A stretch of DNA of 63,714 nt, counting the filler, from Hyphochytrium catenoides (Eukaryota > Protista > Hyphochytriomycota): NCBI GenBank assembly GCA_900088475.1. It is 6 parts of 6 records of this genome, joined end to end, with 100 filler letters (N's around TTAATTAATTAA, not from the genome) between each part and the next. Parts side by side here need not be neighbours in the genome. Positions count along the whole stretch, not along the records: positions 30,734 to 36,847 come from FLMG01000612.1; positions 36,948 to 44,581 come from FLMG01000965.1; positions 44,682 to 49,485 come from FLMG01001649.1; 3 more parts are not named here. One strand, given 5' to 3'. This document shows positions 35,355 through 48,380 of the stretch, piece by piece. Each line of letters starts with the position of its first letter. Within the stretch, counting starts at the first letter, position 1. A program made the translations under genes and the position numbers. The notes under the pieces were generated by a model. It worked only from the letters and a program-made list of their open reading frames with translations. It was not told where the DNA came from and did not search any database.

Positions 35355-36349
35355 GTAGTACCCACTTTCAGTTTCACGTTAGAAGAGAGAAGCAGCTAGT
35401 AAGCAGCAGCTAAAGTGTACTTCTTGCTTCTTCCTTCTTGCGGCAAGCAGCAGTGCTTGGAGACGGAAGAAGATAAGGAATACCATCCATCACGGTGATG
35501 GCTGGTGCCCTTGGAAGAAGAAAGGAGTTGTCGTCGAAAGGCCAGTATATAATAAGGGCCTCTTTCTTCTTCTTGTGCACAACATGTTTCCTACAGAAGA
35601 ATAAAGATTCATCAGCACAAACATCATGCTGCAGCATCAACATCATCATCGTCGCTCCTCCCATAAGCCACCGGCGGCAGCTACTATTTATTGACTTCTT
35701 CTACCATGATGATGACATCCTTGGTGAGGAACTGCTGGTGGCCGGCGCACCACCTTAGAAAACCTGCTCGCTGCGCACACGGACGGTTCCCAAGAGGTTT
35801 GCTCGCAGCTGCGTATTACGCTTCCATAATTTTCTTCTTCTTCTTCTAGGAAGGCAACGAAGAGGAGGAGAGAGTAAATGTTATTAATTATGAATATTAG
35901 AGTACTTAGTGTTGTTGCTCAAGACAGCAACAACAACGAGAAGGGTAACCCTCCTCCGCAAAATAGTAGCGATGACAGCGTTTCTCCTGCTACTAACGGA
36001 TTCAACAAGGAGGACCCCTCCTAGAACCGATTCCTCGGTAGAGGAGTGATTCGTCTATTTGTAAAGCGAACGAACTATTCGAGGAGCACATCATTCAAGA
36101 CCCAAAGCTCGATATTATTGCTCATCATGCCTGATTATGGTGAAGTAGTAGAGCATCATTGTTGCTGGGCCAAGTAAACCATCATTTATCTATCTTACGT
36201 CGCACTACTTGGGGAGAATAGTATATAAGTAACATCATTCCTGATGATGGTGACCGACCGTCCTGTCGGGTGATCTTGGAATCGATATTTACGACGACCC
36301 TCCTGCTGGCGGTGTACGAGCTGTAATAACAGTTCTAATAGATTCGCTG

Positions 36350-36425
36350 CAATTAACCGTTCTTCTCGTGTTATCAATTAACCGTTCTTCTCGTGTTATC
36401 AATTAACCGCTCTTCTCGTGTTATC
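36350..36425. repeat. 25-bp tandem repeat x3
   Basis: caattaaccgYtcttctcgtgttat x3. Confidence 0.9.
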
Positions 36426-36847
36426 CCCTCCTCCTCATCATGCAGCAGAACGCGCCAATGTAGTATGTGTATGTCGTCTCCAACATGTACAGGGCAGCGC
36501 ACAACTAACACTATCCCCCAGCAGAAAGTTCAGCAGCAGTAGTATTTTGATGAGAGGAGTACTCGTAGCAGTGCTGCCAGTCGGAGGGCTTCAAGTTATT
36601 TACTACTCCTTTTCACGCCTCTTATGTTTTTTATAAGCGTTGGAGACAACCGATAGAAGTCAGTAGGGCGACTCATTCACCACCGCCACGATAGATGTAA
36701 GGAGGTAAGTAAGGACCCGGTCTTCTGATCACACTACAAGTAGCTCCTTACCAATAGAAGATGGAAGACGGGGGGGAGGACGACGAAGAACGTTTATTTA
36801 TGTTCTGTCGGACTAAGCTATAGTGTGAAGTACGTTACCCCGACAGG

Positions 36848-36947
36848 NNNNNNNNNNNNNNNNNNNNNNNNNNNNNNNNNNNNNNNNNNNNTTAATTAAT
36901 TAANNNNNNNNNNNNNNNNNNNNNNNNNNNNNNNNNNNNNNNNNNNN
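36848..36947. other. Artificial contig linker
   Basis: N44-TTAATTAATTAA-N44. Confidence 0.97.
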
Positions 36948-37352
36948 GAGAGCAGAAGTCTGCTTATTAGGCGCAATCACTTTAGCCCTCTCAGCTCTCT
37001 GATGCGTCCTCCTGCTGTCTCTCTTGCACGCTTTGTCAGTCCTTCTTTCCTCCCATTCGTCCCCCTGTCTCTCTTCTTTCCCATACAATCCTTTCTTCTT
37101 TCGAAGACCAGGGTTAGATTGGACACAAAGAACTTTGATGGCAGTTTACCTTCAGCAGATTGGCAAGGATGCCGACGATAGAGCTGAATCGAGAGCGAAG
37201 GACTGGCTTTGGGACTTGAGGCATCACCATTGAAAGCAAGGTGGCCAACTGCAAGGCAGCGAAGGAGCAATGTTAACGAGAGACCGAGATGAAGCATGGG
37301 AAAGAGAGAAAGAGAACAGAACAGAGAGAGAGAGAGAGAGGTAGAGAGAGAG

Positions 37353-37397
<45 letters not shown>

Positions 37398-37720
37398 CGC
37401 ACGGTCCTTTCAAACGTTACACGCGCACTTACTTCCACGGCGTGCTCGCTGTCAGCTGCCTCTAAGGCTATCATTATGGCCCCAAAGTACTCCGTCGGTG
37501 TAGGGACAGCTCCTCTTTTCGTTCCTCCTCTCTCCTCTATAACTTCCTCAATGGCAGTCAGGATAACGTGCATCTGAGCAGCAGCAGCAGGAAATGAGCA
37601 ATCTTTCAGGGATGAAGAGAGGATCAGAGCCAAGAGCTGTCCGTTTACCTTCGCTTTCTGCTCGTGCTTGGCATGAGAATTGCCGCGCAGCTCTTGAAAC
37701 GGATCTCCAGTCTCTGTCAT
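36948..37720 (-). CDS. RRP12: RRP12-like ribosome biogenesis protein, N-terminal exons (truncated at the contig end)
   Basis: MTETGDPF...HVILTAIEEVIEERG...PTPTEYFGAIMIALE...|LATLLSMVMPQVPKPVLRSRF matches the RRP12 N-terminus. Confidence 0.7.
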
Positions 37721-38129
37721 GATGCTTCTTATTGCCTTCGTCCGCACTATCCGTCAATTCGAGTCTGCTGGCGCTGGAGAGCTGCCCTGTCAACGTCCCC
37801 GTCCTCAGGGCTTTGGGCTTGGCAGAGGCTCTCTCTTCTATTGAGCGTCAGGGCCGCGTCGGGTTTATGAAGATGGCCTATGAGGATTGCCGCGAAGGTT
37901 CTTATCCTCTCTTCAGGTGTGTTCTCTTCCTCTCCCTCTCTCTTCTCTCTCTTTCTCTCTCTCTCTCTCTTTCTCTCCTCTCTCTCTCTTTCTCTCTCTC
38001 TCTCTCTTTCTCCCTCTCTCTCTCTTTCTCTCCTCTCTCTCTCAACCTCCCTCTCTCCTCTCCTCCCCCAGCCTCAATCTCTCTCTCTCTGTCTCTCTCT
38101 CTCTCTGTCCCTTTCCCTTTTTTCCCCCC

Positions 38130-38184
<55 letters not shown>

Positions 38185-39018
38185 CAGTTGCTGCTGAGAG
38201 GATGCGAACCATCATCAGAGGAACTTCCCCTTCCGATGACTGGAGGCGCGACTGCGCGAAAATTACTTGAAACATTGACCTTTCATGGAGCTGAAGTTTT
38301 CCTGTAGCCGTTAACCGTCCCTGCTGGGGTGTACAACGCCATACTCTCCTTTAGTGAACCACAAGTACTCGTACAACGAACGCGAAGAGAGAGTTGACAG
38401 ATTTTTCAGCTTCAAGGTGAAGATTTTGAGAGATTTTTGAAGATTTTATAATGAAGATTTGGAGACTCAGATCCAGAGGACCGATGATAAGCTAATAAGT
38501 CAATGAGGGGATACCGGGGCCGCAGGAATCAGGTTGCAAAGTGCCTTCTTGATTTCATAACAGCTTATTTTGAGAGAGAGAGGAGACCTTGAAAGATAAA
38601 TATATCCAGGTGAGAAGGGGCGTGACATGGCTGCCTAGGTGTGGCTAATCTTCGGGCGTCAAGAATGAAGTCAACGAGAGTCTAGTCTGGTCTTGGCTAA
38701 TGCCATCTTGCTTCGTCCTCTCTGAGCTTTCTCTCTGTCGACTTTGAGGATGGCATCATACGGGATAGTTGTTGATCATTGAGCGTTCTACTGACGGAGG
38801 CTGGACGGCAGATCTTCCCATGTCCATCGCCTAGCTGATGATCCTGTGAGACCGCAATTATCTCCGAGGCCCAAAATAAAGAGGTGACAGTAGACAAACA
38901 AGTTCTCAACCACATATATAGCAAGTAAATATATATCGCCCGGCAAGAGGTGCGATTGACAAGGGATAACTTATTGGAGCATGCAGGCCAGATTCACCTC
39001 TGGTTTCACCATATAAGA

Positions 39019-40655
39019 CTAATAGGAATCTGAGCTGCTGGATTCGTTCTGACTGTTCACCGCAGCTGAGTGGTTCCTGTCATCGGATGAGACTGGCTCT
39101 TCATCTTCCATAGCTGTTGGAGGCAACAGGGAGGGAGCCCAGCTAGTCTTCAGAGGTATCCCTTCGTTTAGCCCGGGCCTCACGCTGTCTTTTCTCGGAG
39201 GTCGCTTAGTTCCTCCTGGAGCCTCTGCGGCACCATCTGCCGGGTTCAGGTCTTGGCTTGGCGACGAGGGTGGGAGCATCACTCCTTGCTGGTTGGTCTG
39301 GTCGTTTTCCTCATCAGACCCTCGGCTCTCAGTGCTGCTGAAACTCTCTCTATTGGACTTCTTCCTTAGCTCATATGTCTCCATGACGACGCCGACCGTC
39401 TTCTGCCACCTGTGGAGTCTCTTAGCGTCTGACTATTTCACGCCATCAGGAGAAGCTATGCCCAATAGTGAGAAGAAGAGAAGCAGGAAAGACTGAACTG
39501 ATTTGGTCGGACAGACAGTGTCTTGCAAAGTGAAGACGCTGGGGAAGGCGACACCACTCAGAGCTAGAGAGTAAAAAAGGAACAGAGAGCTCTAGAGAGA
39601 GAGAGCTAGCTCACCCGAGAAGGAGAGAGAGAGATAAATAGAGGGACAAAAAGAGGGAGAGAGCTCTCGAGGCATACGCAAGGGAAAAGGAGTAAGAGCA
39701 AGGGAAGGTGACCGTGGAGTCAGACACATACTTGTCTCGATACTTGTCCGAGTTCTCTTCCGCACTGTCCTCTTCTATCTGCTGCCCGACAGCGGCTGAC
39801 CTTATTGTCGATTTTCTAGAAATATAGCGGGACATTCTCTTCACAGTGTGCCGAGCCAGGCGCCGCACGCGCCTCGTCACCTTCCTGACGATGAAGTTTA
39901 CGAAGCCAAGCCGAGAGACCTGAAGCGAAACAGTGACACAGAGAGAGAGAGTGTGGTGAGTGGTCATGTCGCTTTTTGTAGGAAGCGAGAGAGGGAGGTT
40001 GCGGGAGATTAGAGTGTGAGAGAGAGAAGAAGAGGGAGAGAGATGTCTTCTGGAAAGAGCAAGCCAGGTCTTAGAGGCAAGAGCTCCCGAAGGAGCAAAA
40101 AGCACAAGGTGAATAGTCAGGGAAGATTTTGGGAAAAGGGGAGGCGGCAGTGTAGTGCGCCACGACTGAAGTGGAGGAGATGATATACGCAGCCAAGGGC
40201 AGAGAGCTACCAAGCTCCATTTCTCTCTCTCTCTCTCTGTCTCTCTCTCTCTCTCCCTCCTTTTTCTCTCTCTCTCTGTGTCAGTCTTTCTCTTCTGCGT
40301 TCCGTAGTGGTGCAAGGCACCGCCGGGGACTCACCTCTCCAAAGAAGAAAACTAAGAAGAAGACCCCATATCCCAGGGCAGCAACATTCTCCCAGCGGAT
40401 CGTATAGCCGGACAAGAGGTTGTCGATCGTCTTTCTTAGGAAAAACAGAGCCACAAGAGCCACTGTGACGGTCAGATTGGCACCCTCCAGGATGTTCCCT
40501 CGATTGCCTACAAGAAGAGGAGGAGGAAGAAGAGGATTCTCTTGAGATATTTTTACATGGAGGGAAGAGAAGAGAGGCTCCAAAGTAGAAGACTGAGAAC
40601 TGAAAATACTAGAGACGGCCCAGGAGAAGAAAACAGAAGAGAGAAAGAGTGAGTG

Positions 40656-40733
<78 letters not shown>

Positions 40734-41370
40734 GGAGCCTACATCAAGAAGAGGGGGGGACAGTTAGAGAGTCACGCATGGGAGTTTCTGCCATGATGAC
40801 AGACATAAAAGCTTCAGAAACCAGGACGAAGCGCCTGCCAAGCCGAACGATAGCAGAGACGGCGGCGGACGGTCAAGTTGTCCATCTTACTTTCGAAGGG
40901 CTTCCACCAGCAGTGCAGGATGAGAGACGCAAGGGAGAAGAAGAAGAGAGAGACCATCCTTCTCTCCTGGTTCACAATGAGCCCCACAATCGCGGCCATG
41001 ATCACCTTCTGGGTCAGCCTCCAAAGCAGCCAGTAGTGTCTGTCGTAGCGGTAGAAACGGAAGAGGAAGTGTATGCGTGCTCTCCATACAATGGGATCCA
41101 CTACGGAGAGAAGAAAGGAGAAAGACTTTAGAGAGAGTTCTAGACCCCTGGAAATATCTGGCGAACGAAGATCGCGACGAAGACGGAGAGACGCGGCAAG
41201 CAGAGAGAGGACAATAGCAGGAGGTATCTCATACAATGCATGGTAGGAAGGGTCATCTGAGCTACAAAGAGACTTAGTCGTAGGGAGCGCTAGAGGGAGA
41301 GAGAGAGAGAGACACTTAGATGTTGACGCGTGGAGGTATTTAATCATGGAATAGAGAGGGAGTGCGTGAG

Positions 41371-41417
<47 letters not shown>

Positions 41418-43854
41418 TGCGAAGGAGAGGAACATAGAAAGAGATATAGACTTAGGAGTAGGTAGACTGCCAAGCAACTACCTGTGACGCCATAGACCTT
41501 CATTTTGGCAGAGTGTGGCTTATCCCGTATCTTGCTCCACAGGAGACTGCAGCAGGCGATCAAGATGGAGAAAAGGAGACAGAAGATAACGGTGCACAAG
41601 CCGCAGGCGTAGCCCCATCGATAGTCCGTGCCGTCGCAGGCGAGGGAAGGATCAGCGTTGAGCACCTGCAAGACCCGAGGGAGAGAGTGACCGAAGAGGC
41701 AGAGAAGGATGTTATACAGTGAAGAGAGACGGAGTGAAGTGCGCAATGCCAGAGGTCAAGCGTGAGAGAGGTAGGAGCACGAAGGAGAGAGACGAAATGC
41801 CTTCCTTCCTAAACTGTCTCTCCTAATCCTGCCACTTCCTCTCTCATCTGCCACTCACCCGTTGGTTCTGGTACGTCCGACAGTGCATGAGCTCGATGGC
41901 GCTCCGAAGGAGAGGAAGGAACAGGAAATCTGCAATCAACCGCACAAAGACTTGGACGGACTAGGCAGAAAGGAAGGTTAGCAAAGTGTGCGACCACTGA
42001 CCAGGCGAAGACAGGAATGCGGAAAGATGGAAGGAGAACAAGACCGAGGAGAGAGAGAGGTGCAAACAGCGAGGGAGACACAAACACACGCATTCACAGA
42101 GGGAAAGAGACAAGAAGAACACATGGACGTTAGGACAGACGAGAAAGATATCGATAGCCAGGAAAAGTGTACGAACGAAGGGAGAGAACAGGAAGAGAGG
42201 AAAGGCGACGCCAAAAGACAGGCAGTAAGATAGGCATGGATTGAAGTAAGGGAGAGAGAGAGGCCCAAAGAGAGAGAGACCGGATTAAGAGATGATCCAT
42301 GTCCGGATCAAGGGCGAGGGAAGACTGGGATAGAGAAGAGAAGGAGATGAAACAGAAGAGAGAAAAATGGTCAAGAACGGGGACAAGGGGAGAAGAGACA
42401 AGCGCCTCACCTTCAGTCGAATGTACTGCCACTTTATATGCTCTGTCACCACCATTAGCAGCACATTCTTCCCTCCTCCAGAGACTTCTTTCCCATCTTT
42501 GTCCTGCTGGACTGAGTCCTTCTTGGGAAGTGGCAACAAAGGCCATGACGTCCCCGGGGCCAACTGTCCGTCGTGCTGCCTCTGTCCAGCAAGCGGCCCT
42601 CGGGTCAGCGGCATCACACTCTCTGTCGTTACGATCCTGGACTCTTGCTTGGGGAAAATCTTTTTCAGACTCGAGATTAAAGAAGCACTGGCCGGTCTTG
42701 CCTGGCTCTGTCTTCGTCCTACGCAGACACAAAGCTTAGATTTGTGCTGGCGGTATGGAGAGATGTAGATCTTGGGCTTCAGTAGCGAGCCAAAAGGAAG
42801 CTGAAGGGGCTCGCAAGAGGACCGTAGAAAAAGACCTTCGAAGAGGTACAAAGAAGAAGGGTAAAGCTGGAGGAACAAGACAGGAGAGAGAGAGAGAGAG
42901 AGAAAGAGAGACAAAAAGAAAGAGAGGGGGAGAGAAGGAACCACAGAGGGAGAGAAGGAGTGTGAGAGAGAGAGAGATGTACGTGGTCTCGCACACCTTT
43001 AGGGCTCGGTGGAAGTGGTTGAGTGACTGGCTGTCCTGCCACCATCGGCCGGAGTTCCACTGAGAGCTTGCCTGGGATGATGGTGCTTGATCTTCCTGCA
43101 CCGCCCTCTTCTCCTCCTTCCCCCGCCGCCCTACCACGTCCTTTGCCTCCTCGCGGCTCGACCGGTGTCTCCTGCCTCTCCTGAACAATGCTCCACCCTT
43201 CCACGGGAGTCTCTCCAGTGTCCCTGACAACGTCACGCGGATGATCCGCTGCCTTCTGTCTCTTCTCTCCTTTCTTTTCTCTCTCCGGTGTGGATAAGAA
43301 CTGTCTGGTGGCCACCGTCGCTGTCAAATCGCTCCAAGCGGAGGATCCTTGCCTAACTTTTCCATTAGCCTCCACGCTGGATGAGAGGTTGCCACTAATA
43401 TTATTGAGACCACCACTTGGCAGGCGCTGCAGCCTTGGCTCATCAAGAGACGAGGCCTCTTGGCTGGCTCTTGTCTGCTCAATCAGCTTGAGCAGCTGGA
43501 CCACGGCGGCTGTGCTACTGGACCTTCTGAGCGGGTGGATAGAGCTCTGACCAGGGCCCGGGGTCTTTCTATCCTTGTCAGGAGAGAGAGGAAGGGAAGA
43601 AGCAAGCCTCGTGGGCTGACTGCCGGCTTCTGGAGCCTGAGATGCTGACACGATGCTGGTACTCGTTTTGGCTCTACTGCTTCTAGGGGTGTTTCCTTCT
43701 CCTCCTGCCTTTCTTGAGGTAAGACCAGTCATAGCCGGTGAAAGAGGCGCTGAAGCTGTCTTCGCCTGGCGGACTACACATACGCACAGAGAGAGAGAGA
43801 GACAGAGAGAGAGAGAGACAGAGAGAGAGAGACAGAGAGACAGAGAAAGAGAGC

Positions 43855-43908
<54 letters not shown>

Positions 43909-44030
43909 AAAGCGAGGTAGAGAGAGAAGACAAGAACGACGAAGATAAAGTGCAGAGAGGAGAGGAGATGGTAAGACCGTGACACCAAGGAGACAAATGA
44001 ACGGATGAGCACGCCGCAAAAGAGAAGAAT

Positions 44031-44066
<36 letters not shown>

Positions 44067-44215
44067 GAAACGACAGATAGACAGAAACTGAAAGAGGGAA
44101 ATGGCGAGTTCAAAGATAGCCTCTCCTCGAATTTTTATTTGGTACCTGATCGAGCAGTCGCAGGAGTTCCCGGGATTACGGAGCTGGCGCTGATGTCAAT
44201 GCCAATTACCTTCAA
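39019..44215 (-). CDS. Multi-exon membrane protein with a C-terminal multi-TM (TRP-like) region; may be more than one gene
   Basis: Exons LNADPSLACDGTDYRWG..., FLFRFYRYDRHYWLLWRLTQKVIM...HCWWKPFESKMDNL, and further TM exons. GT-AG introns are filled with (CT)n on the sense strand. Confidence 0.55.
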
Positions 44216-44449
44216 GCCTCTGCGGATCGAGAGGAGAGAGAGAGAGAAGAGAAAGCGCTGAGCAAGACGAGAGAGAAAGGCGGAGAAACAGAGCCAAGAA
44301 GGTAGAGCTGAGTTCTTCTTTAGCTTGGCGCACGATGGGTGAGTCAAAGGCAAGAGAAACTCTCCCTTCTGTTTGTCTTCTCTCCTCCTCTCCTTTTTCT
44401 CTCTCTCTTCCACACACACTCTCCTCTGTCTGTCTGCCTCTATCTCTCT

Positions 44450-44492
<43 letters not shown>

Positions 44493-44581
44493 AATCTGCT
44501 GGTTGTTACCTTATAACGATCTGCTTAAGCATTCCCAAGGTTCTTATATCATATTTGACGAAGATGACCATGAAGAAGACG

Positions 44582-44681
44582 NNNNNNNNNNNNNNNNNNN
44601 NNNNNNNNNNNNNNNNNNNNNNNNNTTAATTAATTAANNNNNNNNNNNNNNNNNNNNNNNNNNNNNNNNNNNNNNNNNNNN
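44582..44681. other. Artificial contig linker
   Basis: N44-TTAATTAATTAA-N44. Confidence 0.97.
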
Positions 44682-45009
44682 TCGTGCTGGGGTTTGGACA
44701 AGGGGTTGTTGTAGACTGTCTGGGCAAACGCACAGGTTTCCGCAACGGTCATCGGGAGGGGAACACGGCGCATCTATCGAAGCTGAATTGTCGGTATCGC
44801 ATACTGTGTCTTCTGGTTCAGGGTCTGGCAAGGGGCGGGCAGCAGTATCGGGTTGTTGGCGAGGTATTCGTTGGGGGAGGCACTTGGATGGACCATATGT
44901 TGATCAGAATTCCCTTTACGAGTCGGATTGTTGGGGAGGGAGCTGTCTTCCTCGCTAAGTACATCAAAGAGATGGAGTACAGAGTCACGCAGCTGAGGCG
45001 AGGGATCTT

Positions 45010-45595
45010 CTGGGGGAGTTAGAGTACTACTTGGGCATCCAAGTGAAGCGGGATCGAGCTGCTCGGAAGATCTACCTTCGACAGTCGAAGTATATTACCG
45101 AGATCTTGAAGCGCTTCAACCTACTTGATGCCTACCCCAACCCTATCCCAGCGGTGCCTAAGACGTACTTGCCCAAAGCTTCCACCATTCCTCTTTCTGA
45201 TGATGACGCTGACCGGTTGGCTCGCACCCCTTATCGTCAAGCAGTAGGTTTCCTTGCTGTACGTAATGGTGTGCACGCGGCCTGATATCGCTGTGAGCCA
45301 ACACGTCACTACCTTCCGCCACGTTCACTGGAGGCTGTCAAACGTATCTTCACCTACCTGAAGGCCACCCAAGACTACTCCTTGTGTCTAGAGGGAGATA
45401 ACCCCTATCCAACTCTCTGTCCAGGCTGATGCTGATTGGGCTAGTGACCCTGCTGACCGCAAGTCTAGCACAGGCTATTTCTTGAGCCTCAACGGCGGTG
45501 CTTTCGCATGGAAGTCAAAGAAACAATCTCTCAGAGCGTCGCCAACCACGGAAGCGGAGTGCGTATCTCTTTGGTCCGCCAGCCAGGTCGCAGAG
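45010..45595 (+). mobile_element. Ty1/copia pol fragment (RT C-terminus and RNase H), frameshifted
   Basis: YYLGIQV..IYLRQSKYITEILKRF, PYRQAVG, TRPDI, WEAVKRIF, DADWASDPADRKSSTGY, WKSKKQ, TTEAE. Confidence 0.92.
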
Positions 45596-45657
45596 TGTTG
45601 GATTATATGGGATTATTGGACTATGTCATTGGAGGTGAGAGTGCTCTACTTTATAAG

Positions 45658-48380
45658 TGTTGGATTTGTTTGGGATGAATGGACAATGTCATTAGATGAG
45701 AGTGCTCTACTTATAAGCCCAACTGGGGTCCCATAATCTAGAGCTATTCTGACTATGCCAACTATTCCTAATAAACCTCTAAGATATTCAGTCATACAGA
45801 AAATCCCTGTCTAGAACTGTCAGTCTTGAAGGTATTCCGGGGTACTGACCTTAAGCCATAGATATAAACAGGGACAGTTCCTTTGCTTCATATCTCGACT
45901 TCTACTGGGAGTTTAGAGCTGAAACCTGGGTAGTTAAGCTTGCCAGCTTGTAGGCCACATAGCTGTACCCTCAGACTCCAACACCTCCCCGCAGCTCGAA
46001 GTCCCTATTGTGAAGGGTCGAAGCTGAACATTCAACACCTCCCCGCATGCTGTAGACCCGCTGGAAAGAGATTACTTGGTTCTTGGGTATCCATTGCACA
46101 CATTTCTCGATGTACGATGAACAGCGAGGTTGGCGAGATGTTGTTTCCTTTGCCTCTTGATAAACTCGTCGAGGTCTCCAGAAAATTGCACATTGTCTGA
46201 TCGCTTCAGCGCTAGGTAGCAAGAGTGGAGAATATTGTTATCAGCGTCAAGCTTTTCTTCTTGATTCGAAGCCTGCGTAATGATTAATTGTCCTTCCCTT
46301 GGATCCTTGGGACCTTGATGTTGGTTGGCTCCTGTCCGTGGTTTCTCTTCGGAAAGAGATAGTCTAGTTGGTTGTTGAGGTGTTTCCTTAGTGATGAGCT
46401 GGTTGTGTTCTTCAGTTCTCTCAGTATTGCCTTTACTGCTTCACGATAAGAAGTCTTCTTCTTTGATGAAGATAAATCAATAATTTTCTTCAAAGCTTTT
46501 GACAGATCCCTCTTAGAGCGTGATTTCCAGAAAGACGGTCTGTGATGAGCGTTCTGCTCGAGTTCCCAGCATTTCTCCGAAGGATGACTGCGACTTCCGC
46601 AAAATGGGCATTCCGGCCATTGGTCGCGAACTTTAATCTTTGATGATGATGATGAGCCTGGATGAGCCTTGTTCTTGGTCTCGTGATGACGTTGATGATG
46701 AGGTTCTTTTATCGTCTGTTGATGTAGAGTGTATGCTGCAAAACCTTCTTCTTCTTCTTCATCACTCTTGTTGGTAGTGCGCATAGCGCGTCTACGGTGT
46801 TGTTCTCCGATAAGAATATCATCTATGGCACTTGCACATAGATCCCCGTTCCACGCACTTGGATGGCTTGAGCAATACCTTCATATGAGGGTGGAAGGGC
46901 CATAAGTACTGCAGCTTTATAGAGGTTGTCGTAGAAATATTTCTTCTCCATCATTTCTCGAAATCAAGCTTTCTTCTCTGCTCGCACAGGAATAGGCTAA
47001 GGTCTTGTTCTTTGTCTGCCTTTGCCGATAAGAAGGAGGTAAGAGTAGTCACAATGTTGTTTGCGCTTCTGCTCTCAAAAGATTCGTCCAGTTTGAGCCA
47101 AGCTTCTCTCGCAGTTCCTCTACGAGGTAGAAGTGGAATAATGTTGTCAGCCACTGCCAAGACAATCTTGTTGAACGCCCTTTTGTCATTCCTTAGCCAA
47201 CAAGACTGCATGGCAGCCCTAGAGGTAGACATGGACTTGTTCTTTTTCAGGAGATATCAGGGGATCGTTGGCTCCCGTCAACATTGATGAAGGAGGTTCA
47301 GTTCATCGAGATAAGCCTCCATTTTCAATCGCCAAACGGGGTAGTCCTCCATCCCTTGTAGCTTTGATATCGTTACCACGAAAGAGCTCATTATGTTGAT
47401 GATTCCGGGGGCTTGAAATAGGTCTTGATGATGAGAATGGAAAGAGAAAGGGACAATATGAGACGTTGTGTCCGTAGTATTTGGTGCTCTTCTTGCCTTG
47501 ATAATTGGGACGATATCTCCAAAACGAAGCGGTTTCAGAAGAAAATGATGGCACCAATGAACTCAGCGATGCCGATGTACCCCCTCCCTTGTCACTCTTT
47601 GAAAGCTCCGAAAATAGGTGATTTTGGGCCGAAATCGTGTTTGAAACTTTCCCTTTAAAAAGTGCTCGTATAATTGCAATTTTCGTTGGAGGGGTTGATA
47701 TTTGTACCGAAATTTTGGATGAGACTTTTCAATGTTTCGAATGTTTCCCTGAGATTTTTGTTTCCCTGAAGTGTTCGCTGAAATATTTCCGAAAGTTCCG
47801 ATGGAACAGGATTGCCGTTATCAACTATATATATAGCCGTACCGGTAGCCGTTACTGGCTAGTTGTTTTGTCCGCTGGCGAGACCGGGTAGCCGTTTGCC
47901 CACTGGAGTTCGTTGGCTGCTCCAGGGGGACTGACTTGATCTTGGTCTCGGTCGGGATCGCAATGGTCCAGTGGTTGGCTCAGAGGCCTCAGAACAAGTT
48001 TCCGAGTCCTGGGGGACGCGTGGGCCCATAACCTGTTGGATTTGTATGGGATGATTGGACAATGTCATTAGATGAGAGTGCTCTACTTATAAGCCCAACT
48101 GGAGTCCCATAATCTAGAGCTATTCTGACTACTGCCAACTATTCCTCATAAACCCCAAGATATTCAGTCATACAGAAAATCCCTGTCTAGAACTGTCAGT
48201 CTTGAAGGTATTCCGGGGTACTGACCTTAAGCCATAGATATAAACAGGATAACAGGAGGGTTAACAGGGACATTTCCTTTGCTTCATATCTCGGCTTCTA
48301 CTGGGAGTTTAGAGCTGAAACTTTGGTAGTTAAGCTTGCCAGCTTGTAGGCCCACATAGCTGTGCCCTCAGACTCCAACA
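45658..48380 (-). mobile_element. 2.7-kb gag-only copia-type LTR element
   Basis: LTRs 48034-48380 and 45658-45983 (TGTTGG...CCAACA). PBS ggttatgggcccac at 48033-48020, PPT gcggggagg adjacent to 45984, TSD ataag/ataaa. No pol detected. Confidence 0.9.
46284..47391 (-). pseudogene. Copia-type gag (frameshifted)
   Basis: KLQGMEDY..WRLKMEAYLDEL, RAFNKIVLAV...TAREAWLKLDESFE, VLMALPPSYE, zinc knuckle CPFCGSRSHPSEKC. Confidence 0.85.

Noticed and set aside
35355-36847. Possible additional transposon or gene relic
   Set aside because: Low-complexity sequence with short ORFs and no recognisable domain or termini.
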